Positions 13,932-27,128 are shown, counted from the stretch's first letter. The stretch is 64,000 bases of DNA from Eledone cirrhosa (GCA_964016885.1 OZ024749.1:8060001-8124000), one strand, 5' to 3'. Notes: generated by a model from the letters alone, not told the origin. A program made the numbers and translations.

Positions 13932-14439
13932 TCTATATATATAAAACAGAGAATGTCGGTCTGTCAGTCTGTCTGTCTGACTCCCTAAAACTCGAGAACC
14001 ACTCAACCGATTTCTTTCAAACTTTACACATGTAATACTTATGTTCGTGTGAGTGTTCTGAGCAGAAAATATTTCGAATTTTCAATGGACTGGGGACCGC
14101 ATTAGGCACCGGTTTGCGATCTCTCTATCTTTCTTAGTCTGTCTTTTTAGATAGATACAGAGCTATAACGTCGCGCCCTTATAATATCTGTCTGTATGTC
14201 TGGCTGTCTGCATTACCACATTATGACAAATATTGTTCTCATTGCTGACGTATTGTCTTCGGTATTTTCCGTTCATTGCCAGGGAACGTCTTCACGAACC
14301 AAAGTATCGTCTTCCTGTCTTCTTTGGGTTGCAACGTTTTTCGAAATATTTACTTCTGCGTTCACAGATTGATTTTTTTAGTTTCAGAAGATCCGGTTAA
14401 GGGTGAAAGCACTGATTCTTTGCTTAGACTTTAATTTTT

Positions 14440-14485
<46 letters not shown>

Positions 14486-14930
14486 GTGTACAGCTATTTT
14501 TGTATACACAAAAACAAAATATAAACAAACGTATTTATTTCACGAAAGCACAGAGGGTTTATCGTCATTGATATGCCACCCAAAAAGTCCCACTACTTTT
14601 GCTACTTTTGGCACAAGGCCAGTAATTACCTAGTCAACGGTTCGGAAATTAGATGCATCGCTGACGAGTTTACTCCTTACTCTACTAGTTAGTCTTAGTG
14701 TACTTCATCCTGCTTTTAGGTCATGCCTCGAAGGAAGAGATACTCCATTGGCCGAAATACTGCGAATGCGGCAAGAAAAAGAACAAGGGCAAACGAATCG
14801 TCAATGGAGTGTGCTATTCGACGGTCGCAAGGCTGAGATATTCCGTACTTCTCTGTACTGTTTCAAAAAGAAGGGATAAACATGCCAATCTATGTTTAGA
14901 ATCCCGAGTAACGCCGGGCCATTCTGCTAG
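13932..14930 (+). mobile_element. Non-autonomous Helitron
   Basis: A|TCTATATATATAAAA 5' end; 3' CCCGAGTAACGCCGGG GC-rich motif then CTAG|T. Confidence 0.8.
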
Positions 14931-15077
14931 TATATATATATATATAATGAACAAAACAATCCTATAACATAACACCCTTTTATAGCGCTACGGCCGTTTC
15001 AGTAATAATACTGCTCACAGCATTTTGCTTCATGCAAATGGCATAAATATGTGTGTCTGTGTGTATATATATATATA

Positions 15078-15436
15078 CGAGGTGTGTCAGAAAAGTGCTA
15101 GGACTGATGTCACAAAAGATTTATTTCAAACCCAAACTTCACAACAAGAGTTTTCTCCTTCAAAGTAATCTCCCTGGAGTATGTAACTGTAATCTTAGCT
15201 CTCTGCAGCTATCAAACTTTTTTCTTCATAATTTTCATCAAAACGGCCGTGACGACGGAACTGCGGACGATCCCGGAAGAATCCTTCCAGGAGTGCATGC
15301 AAGCGTGGCAGAAAAGGATGGAAAAGTGCATTAGACTCTGGGGGGATTACTTTGAAGTAGAAAACTCTTAGTGTGAAGTTTGGGTTTGAAATAATTTTTT
15401 TGTGACATCAGTCCTGGAACTTTTCTGACCCACCTC

Positions 15437-15437
<1 letters not shown>
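15078..15437 (+). mobile_element. Mariner (Tc1/mariner) deletion derivative / MITE
   Basis: TA-flanked TIRs CGAGGTGTGTCAGAAAAG...CTTTTCTGACCCACCTCG, ~100-bp inverted arms, transposase C-terminus FQECMQAWQKRMEKCIRLWGDYFE. Confidence 0.9.
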
Positions 15438-15478
<41 letters not shown>

Positions 15479-16024
15479 CGTAAAATAAGAAAATATTTTT
15501 TTAAACAAATTTAAAAAAAAATTTTTTTTTTACTTACTTACTTAAATTTTCACTCCAACTAATTAGTTTCTATTTTAAAAATTTGTTTAAAAAAATATTT
15601 TCTTATTTTACGTCTTTTATATTATTGTTCTGCATTCTCCTGCATTGAACCACCTAGGTACTATGACATAACCTGTGTACTTGCTAGCATGGGCGTGCAT
15701 CTGTGCGCTTATGTTAGTTGATATATTAAATTATCTATATTTATCTCCAAATCACTGATTTGTCGAGCAAACTTGCCAAAACCACTTCTAAAAAAATTTT
15801 TTTTGGGGTGTTAGTAGGCGTCAGTCATCTTACCATCCCATTCCTTCTAACTAGCCTCTGTGTCACGTGATTGATTCTTTAGAATCGGCCATTTGACTTG
15901 AAGCAGTGAGAATTTCGGTACATAGAATCCAGTCCTCGCCAGCTGTTCGATCTACCGAATTATTATTATTTTTATATGAGCCGCCAGTGTCCGCGCATTG
16001 CCTGGAGAACTTAACTGAGAATAG

Positions 16025-16106
16025 ACTCCCTGATGACGCAATGAATTCTCGACAGTTGGATTACGTAACTGTCTTTATCCCATTGCAGAAACTAATTAGT
16101 TGGAGT
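16025..16106 (+). ncRNA. Type I hammerhead ribozyme with extended stem II
   Basis: ACTCC-CTGATGA-CGCAATG...CATTGCA-GAAA-CTAATTAG-TT-GGAGT; palindromic stem III, GUU site. Confidence 0.8.
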
Positions 16107-16583
16107 GAAAATTTAAGTAAGTAAAAAAAATTTTTTTTAAATTTGTTTAAAAAAATATTTTCTTATTTTACGTCTTTTATATTATTGTTCTGCATTCTCC
16201 TGCATTGAACCACCTAGGTACTATGACATAACCTGTGTATTTGCTAGCATGGGCGTGCATCTGTGCGCTTATGTTAGTTGATATATTAAATTATCTATAT
16301 TTATCTCCAAATCACTGATTTGTCGAGCAAACTTGCCAAAACCACTTCTAAAAAAATTTTTTTTGGGGTGTTAGTAGGCGTCAGTCATCTTACCATCCCA
16401 TTCCTTCTAACTAGCCTCTGTGTCACGTGATTGATTATTTAGAATCGGCCATTTGACTTGAAGCAGTGAGAATTTCGGTACATAGAATCCAGTCCTCGCC
16501 AGCTGTTCGATCTACCGAATTATTATTATTTTTATATGAGCCGCCAGTGTCCGCGCATTGCCTGGAGACTTAACTGAGAATAG

Positions 16584-16665
16584 ACTCCCTGATGACGCAA
16601 TGAATTCTCGACAGTTGGATTACGTAACTGTCTTTATCCCATTGCAGAAACTAATTAGTTGGAGT
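16584..16665 (+). ncRNA. Second HHR of the 560-bp array
   Basis: Same motif as 16025-16106. Confidence 0.8.
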
Positions 16666-16856
16666 GAAAATTTAAGTAAGTAAGTAAAAAAATTTTTTTA
16701 AAAATTTGTTTAAAAAAATATTTTCTTATTTTACGTCTTTTATATTATTGTTCTGCATTCTCCTGCATTGAACCACCTAGGTACTATGACATAACCTGTG
16801 TATTTGCTAGCATGGGCGTGCATCTGTGCGCTTATGTTAGTTGATATATTAAATTA

Positions 16857-16983
<127 letters not shown>

Positions 16984-17095
16984 TTCGTATTTCTAAAGAA
17001 ACACGGTTTTAGGAAGCCGTAGCTATGCAAACACCGGGACTAACGCCCTCTGAATACAAAATTTCTATACATATTTGTATAAAGCTATGCTTGAA

Positions 17096-17135
<40 letters not shown>

Positions 17136-17139
17136 TACG

Positions 17140-17349
17140 TTATTCCGGGTTGAATCGGAGGTAACCACAGTAAGGAAGGTACTCAATACATTGCAGAGTA
17201 TAAAAGTTTTAATATAGATGAGATTCTACAGGACTAGAACTGTTTCATTCTTTAGAAATCATCAGGAATCTTGGGATTCAGGGATTCCTGATGATTTCTA
17301 AAGAATGAAACAGTTCTAGTCCTGTAGAATCTCATCTATATTAAAACTA
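17140..17349. mobile_element. Family D fold-back with two opposed HHRs (17220-17272 minus, 17281-17333 plus)
   Basis: GGGATTC-CTGATGA-TTTCTAAAGAAT-GAAA-CAGTTCTAGTCCTG-TA-GAATCTC and its inverse; tail shared with ~3145-3190 and ~36165-36210. Confidence 0.85.
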
Positions 17350-17472
17350 TATATATATATATATTACACAGAGATGTAATATATTTGTATATGAGCTCAG
17401 ATGAACATTCTCTGTTCTTCTTCGAGCTATTATTATTATTACTGTGAACTGCGGCATACCTGAATTCCAATC

Positions 17473-17616
<144 letters not shown>

Positions 17617-17630
17617 AGTGTCTGTGTCTT

Positions 17631-17820
17631 TGTGGCTGAGTGGTTAGAGAATTAGATTCGCAATCGTGGGGTTGTGAGTTCGATTCCCGGACCGGGCGAT
17701 GTGTTATGACCTTCAGCAAGACACTTTATTTCACGTTGCTCCTTCTACCTGGAGTTGCGACCGATAGATAGTATTAGCAATTGGAAAGACCAATGGAAAC
17801 ACTGTTTCCTCGGTCCGATT
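17631..17820 (+). mobile_element. tRNA-derived SINE family 2
   Basis: A-box TGGCTGAGTGG, B-box GTTCGATTCC, core CCTTCAGCAAGACACTTTATTTCACGTTGCTCC; second copy at 61761-61980. Confidence 0.8.
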
Positions 17821-17845
17821 TGACGAATGTCGATCGTTCCTTCAT

Positions 17846-17949
<104 letters not shown>

Positions 17950-17957
17950 ATTTATAT

Positions 17958-18204
17958 GCAAAAGTTCTATTTAAATTGTTGGGATACAACAAGCAAATAT
18001 TTTTATAACTGATATAAAGCACTCAATAAATAATTGGAGTAAAAATACGATATTGACAAATGGAAACTATATTTATAAAACCATATTTATTTCACGGACA
18101 CCAAGTTAAATTATGGTGTGCTTTCATCAGATAATATATAATATAGACAGTTTTATAAATAAATATTGACATACCCTTAAAGAATGCAACCATTACTGTT
18201 GGAA
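17958..18204. mobile_element. Family E copy with internally inverted, decayed HHR segment
   Basis: Matches 26281-26548, but the segment after TACGAT is in the opposite orientation. Confidence 0.7.
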
Positions 18205-18385
18205 GCTCTTATATATATATATGAAATTTTAAACGTGTTCGATCGAATGCAAATAATTCTAGGTGTAGTTAATCACTAGGAAGGACAGTAGAGAGACTGT
18301 GGTAAACTACTTGAGACGGGAAATGTGTACTGGGACACCTCTGTTCAAACACAGATATACACACACTTAAATAAACAAAGTCCCA

Positions 18386-18458
<73 letters not shown>

Positions 18459-18592
18459 TACTGACAGATCAGTGGATCTACTAATATGCAGATCTGACCG
18501 ATCAGCCAGTCTGCTAATATGCAAATCAGTCACTATATATTTTAGAATATATATATTTTCACTAGCTCTGACAGTTTGGCAAGTGAACAATG

Positions 18593-18640
18593 AGCTGTAC
18601 TGATGAAAGGTGATACCCAGAAACATTAGTGTCTGCAGTT
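18593..18640 (+). ncRNA. Type I hammerhead ribozyme
   Basis: AGCTGTA-CTGATGA-AAGGTGATACCCA-GAAA-CATTAGTG-TC-TGCAGTT; GUC site, weak stem II. Confidence 0.7.
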
Positions 18641-18739
18641 CTGTTTACATGCCAACACAAGAGCAAAAATGAAGGGTTCATTCTATTGACATGGCTTTAA
18701 AAATGAGATTGTTCGCATAATTGCAAAAGTATTATTATT

Positions 18740-18862
18740 AATTGTTTTTACTTTAGGCACAAGGCCAGCAATTACCCAGTGTATTACTGGTACTTTATTT
18801 TATCGACCCCGTAAGGATGAAAGGCAAAGTGAACCTCGGCGGGATTTGAACTCAGATCGTAA
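18740..18862 (-). mobile_element. SINE family 1, truncated
   Basis: Core and tail match. Confidence 0.85.
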
Positions 18863-19417
18863 TATAATTATTATTATTAATATTAGGAAAACTCAGATAT
18901 ACATTTCTTGTATTCAGCCATGTAGAGCGATAACCTCTTTTTTAGTTATATATATATGTGTGTGGAGTGGGGGGTAGGAGGAGTCTTTCTGCATTTCTAT
19001 TAATATTAATGCTCTTATCTAACCTCTCTTAATATGTATCCTCCAAATATTCATGAAGCAAACTTTAGATCCTATAGTTGTATCTAACTCTTGTAAAAAC
19101 TCTGAAGAACCCTGCCTTGCGCCAGGATGAAATGGTCGTTAGCTATTAAATGTTTGAAAGATTAAATACTTTTTGATCATTATTTACATTGTACATATAT
19201 TGGACCTGTTATTTTTATCTAAAGAGGTTTTTTTCCTATTCCAACCCGCCCGTCCCCTCAATCTATCTTATTTCTCATTCTTTCTTCTGATGAAGGACTA
19301 GCGTTCGAAACGGTAAGACTCTCTTCCTTCTATTTCAAACGTATTCCTTCCATATACTGTACCGAATGTGTTGTTATTTCTGTTTACCTTTTACATATAC
19401 ACACACACACACACACA

Positions 19418-19487
<70 letters not shown>

Positions 19488-19492
<5 letters not shown>

Positions 19493-20022
19493 ATACTTGG
19501 GGACGGTCATATTTGTGTAATAATATTACCAGAATTAGTAAAAGAACGCACTCACTGTTTGGTTGGTTTTCGCTTCTGTGTCCTTTATATCGGTTAATTT
19601 AATTTATTCGGTCCTCAATGTTACCATTGACTGACCAACGGTCAAAAATACAGATACAATATAGACACAAACACATATACATAGTCTAACAAAGTTCTTT
19701 CGTTGCACATCTGCAACGGGAGGAAACATAATAGCACCACTAACGATTTTGCAGATGTGCAACGAAAGAACTTTGATAAACTATATATATGTGTTTGTGT
19801 CTATATTGTATCTGTATTTTTGACCGTTGGTCAGTCAATGGTAACATTGAGGACCGAATAAATTAAATTAACCGATATAAAAGACACAGAAGCGAAAACC
19901 AACCAAACAGTGAGTGTGTTCTGTTATTAATTCTGGCAATATTATTACACAAATATGACCCTCCCCAAGTATAACAATATTTGTTTCGACACACGATTTC
20001 ATATCAAAAACCTCGCAAAACT
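19488..20022 (+). mobile_element. Fold-back family B with decayed HHR near the centre
   Basis: ~230-bp arms; CTAACGA..GTGCAAC-GAAA-GAAC-TT. Confidence 0.85.
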
Positions 20023-20076
20023 ATATATATATATACATATATATATAACCTTTCAGCTTATATATATGTATGTATG

Positions 20077-20156
<80 letters not shown>

Positions 20157-20350
20157 AGGTATAGGATTATCCAAGATGTAGTAATGGTTAATTACTACAC
20201 TGGATATGGTTGACGTACGGTGAGAGGTTACTCTACGAGTTATGGAAGAATTGTTGAAGAAACTTAGTTCCTGATCCTTCTGTATTCCGGAGTGTATATA
20301 AAGAATGAATAATAACAGGTAGACATCATAAAAAGGTAATTTATTCCGTG

Positions 20351-20462
20351 TGCTTACAAATGTTTCCACGGTGGTACTACAGCCTAGTTATGCTATGTGC
20401 AAATTTACAAGTATTTGCAGAATTCAAATATCCAATGCTGTGACAAGTGTATCCTCAGAGCA
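20351..20462 (-). ncRNA. Type I HHR with ~90-nt stem II domain
   Basis: TGCT-CTGAGGA-TAC..ACAGC...GCTGT..GTG-GAAA-CATTTG-TA-AGCA in the PLE 3' end, sense orientation. Confidence 0.6.
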
Positions 20463-20952
20463 GAATGGTAAAATGTACAATGTAAATACCCTTAAGTGGG
20501 GTTGTTGGGGAAGATAGAGTAGAAAAGGAAGAGAGAAAAGTAGGGGAGAGGGAGAGAGAGAGAAAGATATGCAGGGGTTGGAGAAGTAGGAGAGAGTGGT
20601 TTGTAGATATCTTAATCAAAATGTTATGGTAGGGGTTTTATTATACTTGTTACTTTTGGAGAGATGCGTTGATAGTTAAGGTCGGAATTATTTATTGCCC
20701 CAGAGGGCAGGTTCATAGATGTGGAGAGGGAGGTAGGCCAAAGGCGAGAGAGAGAGAGTGTAATGGATGTAGAGAGAGAGGTGGAGAGGGGACAGACGAA
20801 GTTTATGTGGTGAGTGAACTTTGGGTTTGTAGTAGTAATCTGCGAATTGCACTGAGTTACCATTTATAGTGATAAGCAGTGTATTGTCTTGTAGTGTGGG
20901 GGAAGAGAAGGTGGTTAGCTAGAAAGCGATGTTATAGTTACGGGTTCGAATG

Positions 20953-21348
20953 TTAAGTTATTTTATAGTGAGAGAATTTAGCTTTTAGTTTGTGGTTGCA
21001 GCATAATGATCGTTCAATTCTATCGTTAAGTAGTTTGTTTTTGGATTTTAATATGTAAAACAGTTCAAGGTTACATAACCTGCAGTACTTCAATCCACTC
21101 CGATATGCACTTGCGCTGGAAAGTATATCCCATTTTAAGGTGAACTGTTTGTTGCGTTCACGGAGTTGCCAGGTCTTGTTGGCGAGCGTGGTCACAAAAC
21201 GGTGATTAGGGTGTTTGATTGAGAATCGATGACGGTACCAGCGAGATTTAAACGAGGTGGTGGTAGATCCGATATAATACCATTTCTGGTCGTTCGATTC
21301 AACCGTGCATTGGTAAACAATGTTGGACTTTAGGCATTCATTCTTCAA
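20953..21348 (-). pseudogene. PLE GIY-YIG endonuclease domain (open fragment)
   Basis: VYQC, YIGST, conserved R/H, CxxC, E and LLN motifs. Confidence 0.9.
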
Positions 21349-22146
21349 TGGACATCTTTCAGGTAGATGGCAGTTACATTCTTTGTTGTGGGTAGCGGGT
21401 ATACCATGGATAGGTTGTGATAGCGGTACAGGTGGATTGTGTAATACCCGTCTCCCATTTAGTGGTTGGGAGGCAGATATTACGTTCTGCCCATCTGTTA
21501 CTAAAATGTCTTGTTTTGTAGAGTTGTTTAATTGCTTAAGTTGAGCTTTTTTTATGTATGCTTCAAGGTTTGGTGTCGTGGAGTATGATAGTCTAATAGT
21601 TTTAGAGTTCAGAATTTTTCTGTATTTATGGGAACTAGGGAAATGTTTGTTGATTAACTTAAAGAATGAAAGAGATAGTTTTGTACTAATCGAGGCATTA
21701 AAAATAGGATTGTACCAGATATACTTTCTACAACGTGATTTATTTGGTGGTGATTTTCTATTATTAGTATGTCTGGTAGTACTGTGTGTGTGCGCTTGTA
21801 TTTCAGTATCCCGGTTACGTATTCCTTGATTTCGTGTAGAGCTATGTGTGTTATGGAAATTCCTATCAATCTATACTATTGTATCCCGGTGGTCGGCATT
21901 CCTTAATGCATTATTGTAGTATTCAGCGTGTTCACTAAAAATATCAGAGTTAGACGATAGGCGAGAGATTCTAAGAGAAATACTCCGGGGAACTGATTTG
22001 ATGTGGTCACAGCATTGGATATTTGAGTTCTGCAAATACTTGTAAATTTGCACATAGCATAACTAGGCTGTAGTACCACCGTGGAAACATTTGTAAGCAC
22101 ACGGAATAAATTACCTTTTTATGATGTCTACCTGTTATTATTCATT

Positions 22147-22194
<48 letters not shown>

Positions 22195-22256
22195 ATGTGT
22201 GTGTATGTATTTGTATTGTTACTTTTCTATCATATATATATATATATATATATATA

Positions 22257-22316
<60 letters not shown>

Positions 22317-22389
22317 GTGTGTATGTGTTTACTTGTAGGCAGCCACGAGTACCTGACAGCAAATGTATGTAAGTGCAATTGGGAAGAGT

Positions 22390-23070
22390 AGAAACAAATG
22401 AACAGGAAGCAAATGTAGATAATAGGCTGCTGATTGTTGATGTCATTGTAGAGTAAGAGGGGAGGGGGCATTGGCAGGAGGGGTGGGATGAGGGAGATAA
22501 TGTATGGAGAAGAGGGGGAAGGGGTAGAGGGAGCAGGGAGAGGTTGGGGACTTGGATATAATATATATAAGGTAGGATAGGATGGGGTGGAGTTATGTGA
22601 TGGGGAGTGCACGGAAAGGGGGCCATAGAGGGGAGGAAGTGAAGAGGAGAAGATGGAGGGGGAAGGGGAGAAGAAGAAGTGAGATAACATACGAGATATG
22701 AGAGGGGTAGGAATAAAGGAAAGAGATGGATTGTGTAAGGAAGCGAAGAAGAGGGGAGGAGGGAAAGGAGGAGCAGAGGGAAAGGAGAGAAGGAAGGAAG
22801 ACGAGGAAGAAAAGGGAAGGATAGTGTAAGGAGAGGAGCAGTAGGAAGAGGTGATAGATGTGGTGGGCGGGGCGGATGGAATGTGAGAAAGTAAGTGGTG
22901 GGAAATGGCCTGGAGGAGGGGTGGGAAATGGCTTGGAGGAGGAGGAGGAGGAGGAGGAAAATAAGGGAAGAAGGAGAATGAGATAAAGTACTGGCGGAGA
23001 AGGAGGAGGAGGACAATAGAGAAAGGAACATCGTGATGGAAGGAGGAGGATAGATGGAAGGTTATGGTCG
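22390..23070. repeat. Purine-rich (G/A) low-complexity tract
   Basis: Strong purine strand bias; probably a PLE 3' UTR like ~20510-20800. Confidence 0.7.
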
Positions 23071-23154
23071 GAGTATCGCTATTAGCTTTCTCTGTTAATG
23101 TATTAAGTATATATATATATAGATATATAGATTTATGAGTATATATATATATAT

Positions 23155-23600
23155 AGTGACGAAACATGAACTCATAATCCTTTATTTATTGCTATATATA
23201 TTTCGATGATAGCCATTGAATGGCTATGACCTCATCAGGCTGTTAGTCAGTTCTTAGATATGCCAGCTCTGTGTTTATGTTGTTGATGGTATCAGAGCCT
23301 TGGGACATATGAGGTTATTAGGAATAATTTAATGTCAGCAGGAATAGTCTTAATTCTCATTGGTAAGTTTGTAGATGCTAGAAGGGTTGGTATTTGACCT
23401 CAAAGAGGCAGGTGGTGTTGTAAAGTTCAAACCGTCAGGCAAGATGACAATAGTTCCATATGACTGATTTTCACAAAAAGCATTCCTGGTCAGATATATA
23501 TTCAATTGAGGTTTATAGTATGAAATTCGATACTACAGGTCATTCTTAAACTGAGGAATTTATTTGGGGTGGTACTACTGAAAATTATGTTTAGAGTAGA
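23155..23600 (-). mobile_element. PLE-like 3' end with HHR at 23188-23243 (family F)
   Basis: CTGATGA-GGTCATAGCCATTCAATGGCTATCATC-GAAA-TATATA-TA; upstream ...SYYKPQLN resembles a GIY-YIG end; homologous to 62985-63157. Confidence 0.7.
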
Positions 23601-23862
23601 ATACTAGAAAATTTACATATAAAAAGACTTATGTTGGTTGACTTGCAAATACACTCACACCCACCCCCACCAAATCTCTCTCTTTCTCTCTCTCTCTCTA
23701 TATATATATACAGAGAGAGAAAGAGAGAGAGAGAGATATTTATGTATATATATATATCACCCCCCCCCCCCCACCACACACACACACACACACACTCTCA
23801 AGAGCATGAAACTAATAAACCTTTGTTCGTACTGCATCTCTGTTTTGTTCCCGTTCCATTTT

Positions 23863-23913
<51 letters not shown>

Positions 23914-23939
23914 ATTTATGTATATATATATATATATAT

Positions 23940-25605
23940 ATTTCGTTTCTGAATTTGTGTAGCAAGATTCTTTATCTGAAAATGTGTGTTGAAACCGATA
24001 TTGTTATACTTTGGGAGGGTCATGTTGCCAATAAGAAACACATGCACCAGTTGCTTTCACTTCAATTTATTATAATAAATTTATAAATTTAGGAATTTAT
24101 AAATTTCTGGTTGGTTGGTTGGTTCCACAACCAGATAGTTGTTTATATATTGTCAAAGTTCTTTCGTCACACATTCTGTGACCTCTTCAGGGACTAGAGA
24201 TTCTTTTCTTTGTTTTTATGCCTCTCCTTTGTTCTGTCCTACGCCATTTTGTTTCTGTGTGTGTGTTGTGTGCTCAGTCTGCGCATGCGCCACATCCGGG
24301 TGTCTGTGTGTGTTTATATTCGTTTATTTATTTGTTTATTTACATGTTACCGGTTGGTTGTTTGTTCTATGTGCGTGTGTGTTTTGATTTTGTCCTTAAT
24401 TGTAAGTTGTGATGTTGCTGTTCCACTCATATTTTCTATTTAATTTTGGTTGTAATTCTTTTATGTTTATTGCCTATGTGATTTGTCTAAACATTGCGTC
24501 TTTTCTGCGTGTAGATTCTATTTTTATTTCTATGTTCTCTAATCTACCCTTATGTTCTATTTTAGCATGTTGCTAGAGTACAGATGATTCTTTACTATCT
24601 TGAAGGTCTCGCCAGTGTTCATTTATCCGTTCCCCTACACTACGAGCTGTCTCACCTATGTACACTATATTTTTGTCACTACATTGTCCTTCAGTACCTG
24701 TTATGCTATATACTACATTTCTAGTTTTACAGTTAATATGGGGGCTTATTTTACAGGTTATACATTTCTTATCTATACAGGGGGGTTTCGAAAAGGTATG
24801 TCTTGCTAATAAGTGTTTTTACTGAGGTACCTGGTCATTCTACTATCTTAATATTGAGTTTATGTTTATCTAGGGCCCTTCTAAATTTGTAAGCTAATTC
24901 ACCTCTAGGGGTTGTATCGATGAACATTACACTCTGGTATTTATTGCTATCATACCATGAGTTTATTCTATTAGCCTTATTCCTAGTTCTTTCTATTCTA
25001 TTCCAAAATGTGCTCCTATATAAGGGGCAGTTCCCATTTGTGTCATTATTTACCATTTTTTCCCATTTGGTTCTGGCTCCTCTACACACTCTGATTTTAT
25101 CTCTCTGATTGTAACCAGAGAACTGCATACGGTGGATGAAGTGCTGTATGTGTCTCTCTAGTTCTTCGGGGTTGCACATGCGGGACACGTTTCTCATCAC
25201 CCGTACCAAATCCGCAATCAGTATGTTGGTTTTGGTATGGTCCGAAACAGCTGAGTTTCGGTGGATCAGATGTTTGGAAGTCATGGGTTTGGCATAATGG
25301 GAATGGAGGATTTGTTTTTTGTTATTAATGGTATCTAACCAGAGCTATGTGTCTAGTACAGGTAATCGATGGTTGGGGTGTTTACTTGGGTAGTCTATAG
25401 TATCTCTAATACTCTGGTGGATGGAGTTAGCTATTTGGTGGATGCTTTCCATTGTGTTTTTCTCTAGTTCCTGACTGTTCTCTAGTGGGGGTGTCTTAAC
25501 TACGATGTTTATATCATCAACGTAGCGGGAGTACATTATCAGGGTTAAGGGGTCTTCTAATTGTTCTTTAAGTTTAAGTTTAAGTCTACTGTCCCACCAT
25601 ACCAT
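23940..25605 (-). mobile_element. 5'-truncated Penelope-like element (Neptune-like), parent of family C
   Basis: YSRYVDDINI, RLPVLD, KPMTSKHLIHRNSA, MQFSGY, GIY-YIG remnant, then 3' pLTR with HHR at ~24152-24194. Confidence 0.88.
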
Positions 25606-25672
25606 GAATAAAATAAAGTACCAGTAATACACTGGGATAATTGCTGGCCTTGTGCCAAACGTAGAAACAATT
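25606..25672 (+). mobile_element. SINE family 1 3' end
   Basis: ATAAAATAAAGTACCAG...GGCCTTGTGCC. Confidence 0.75.
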
Positions 25673-26084
25673 ATTTATTTAAAGATTCACTTCTTTAAAA
25701 TGTTCAAATGTCAACAATTCCGATGGCGATCGCTTAAATAAACATATTTAGTTTCTGTCACTAATTTTCTCCTAATGCAGTTTATATATGATATCGTCTT
25801 TTTTAACGTATCATGGATTACGTTTACATAAGAGAGTGTACCACATTCTTCGTTCAATTTCTGTGTATATTTACGAATTTATTTGATTTATCATATCTAC
25901 ATGTATATATACTTGCGTATAATATCAATATACACACCATACATGCTAGGAGAAAACCACTCGTTGGGTGGTTTTTCTGCTAGTACATTTTAATAATTTG
26001 AAATATTTGACTTTTCCTCTTTCCCCTCTTTCCTATTACTATCCAGGAAAAACTTGAACCGTTAAGATCTCCTTCCTGGATATG

Positions 26085-26210
26085 TCAATATTTATAAAAC
26101 AAACTTTGTATTTTATCTGATGAGAGCGTACCAAAGTTTTGGTACCCTTGAAATATATATAATAGAATAAATATGATTTTACAAATATAGTTTCCATTTA
26201 TTAATATCAT

Positions 26211-26283
<73 letters not shown>

Positions 26284-26549
26284 AAAGTTCTATTTAAATT
26301 GTTGGTATAAAACAAGCAAATATTTTTATAACTGATATAAAGCACTCAACAAGTATTTGGAGTAAACATACGATGTTCCAACAGTAATGGTTGCATTTTT
26401 AAGGGTATGTCAATATTTATTTGTAAAACTGATCTATATTGTATTTTGTCTGATGAAAGCACACCATAATTTAACGTGGTGTCCTTGAAATATGTATAAT
26501 GAAATAAATATGGTTTTATAAATATAGTTTCCATTTGTTAATATCGTAG

Positions 26550-26550
<1 letters not shown>
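26085..26550 (+). mobile_element. Family E: two direct copies with HHRs at 26109-26169 and 26442-26506
   Basis: TATTTTRT-CTGATGA-stem II-GAAA-TATRTA-TA-AT(AG/GA)AATA in both copies. Confidence 0.8.
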
Positions 26551-26605
<55 letters not shown>

Positions 26606-26609
26606 CGGC

Positions 26610-27127
26610 GATAAATTAGTTTTGTGAGGTTTTTTATATGAAGTCGTGTGTCGAAAAAAATATTGTTATACTTGGGGAGGGTCATATTTGTGTAATATTG
26701 CCAGAATTAATAACAGAACACACTCACTGTTTGGTTGGTTTTCGCTTCTCGCTTCTGTGTCTTTTGTATCGGTAATCTAACTTACTCGGTCCTCAATGTT
26801 GCCATTGACTGACCGACGACTTGATAGACAGACTGAATAAAAATGGCGTAGACATACAATACAAGAGGAGGAAAACATAGCACCACTGACGATGTTGCAT
26901 ATGTGCAACGAAAGATTTATGATAAACTATATATATGTGTTTGTGTCTATATTGTATCTGTATTATTTTGGACCGTCGGTCAGTCAATGGCAACATTGAG
27001 GACCGAGTATGTTAGATTACCGATATAAAAGACACAGAAGCGAGAAGCGAAAACCAACCAAACAGTGAGTGTGTTCTGTTATTAATTCTAGCAATATTAC
27101 ACAAATATGACCCTCCCCAAGTATAAC

Positions 27128-27128
<1 letters not shown>
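26610..27128. mobile_element. Fold-back family B with HHR at 26882-26923
   Basis: ACCA-CTGACGA-T-GTTGCA-TATG-TGCAAC-GAAA-GATT-TA-TGAT; ~155-bp arms. Confidence 0.85.

Larger units (their letters stand above)
20296..22152 (-). mobile_element. 5'-truncated Penelope-like element (Naiad-like) with ~150-bp inverted 3'-end copy at its 5' junction
   Basis: RT thumb SVPRSISLRISRLSSN...YYNNAL; linker CNCHLPERCPLKNEC; GIY-YIG IVYQC...YYIGST...RWYRH...CRLCNLE...LLN; 20296-20444 is inverted at 22007-22152. Confidence 0.92.

Noticed and set aside
17631-17705. tRNA gene
   Set aside because: A/B boxes are followed by a SINE core with a second copy elsewhere; no convincing cloverleaf.
20953-21400. Selenocysteine recoding reported for some Naiad PLEs
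   Set aside because: Linker and CxxC cysteines here are normal TGY codons.
22142-23167. 341-aa Pro/Ser-rich ORF
   Set aside because: Polypyrimidine low-complexity artefact.
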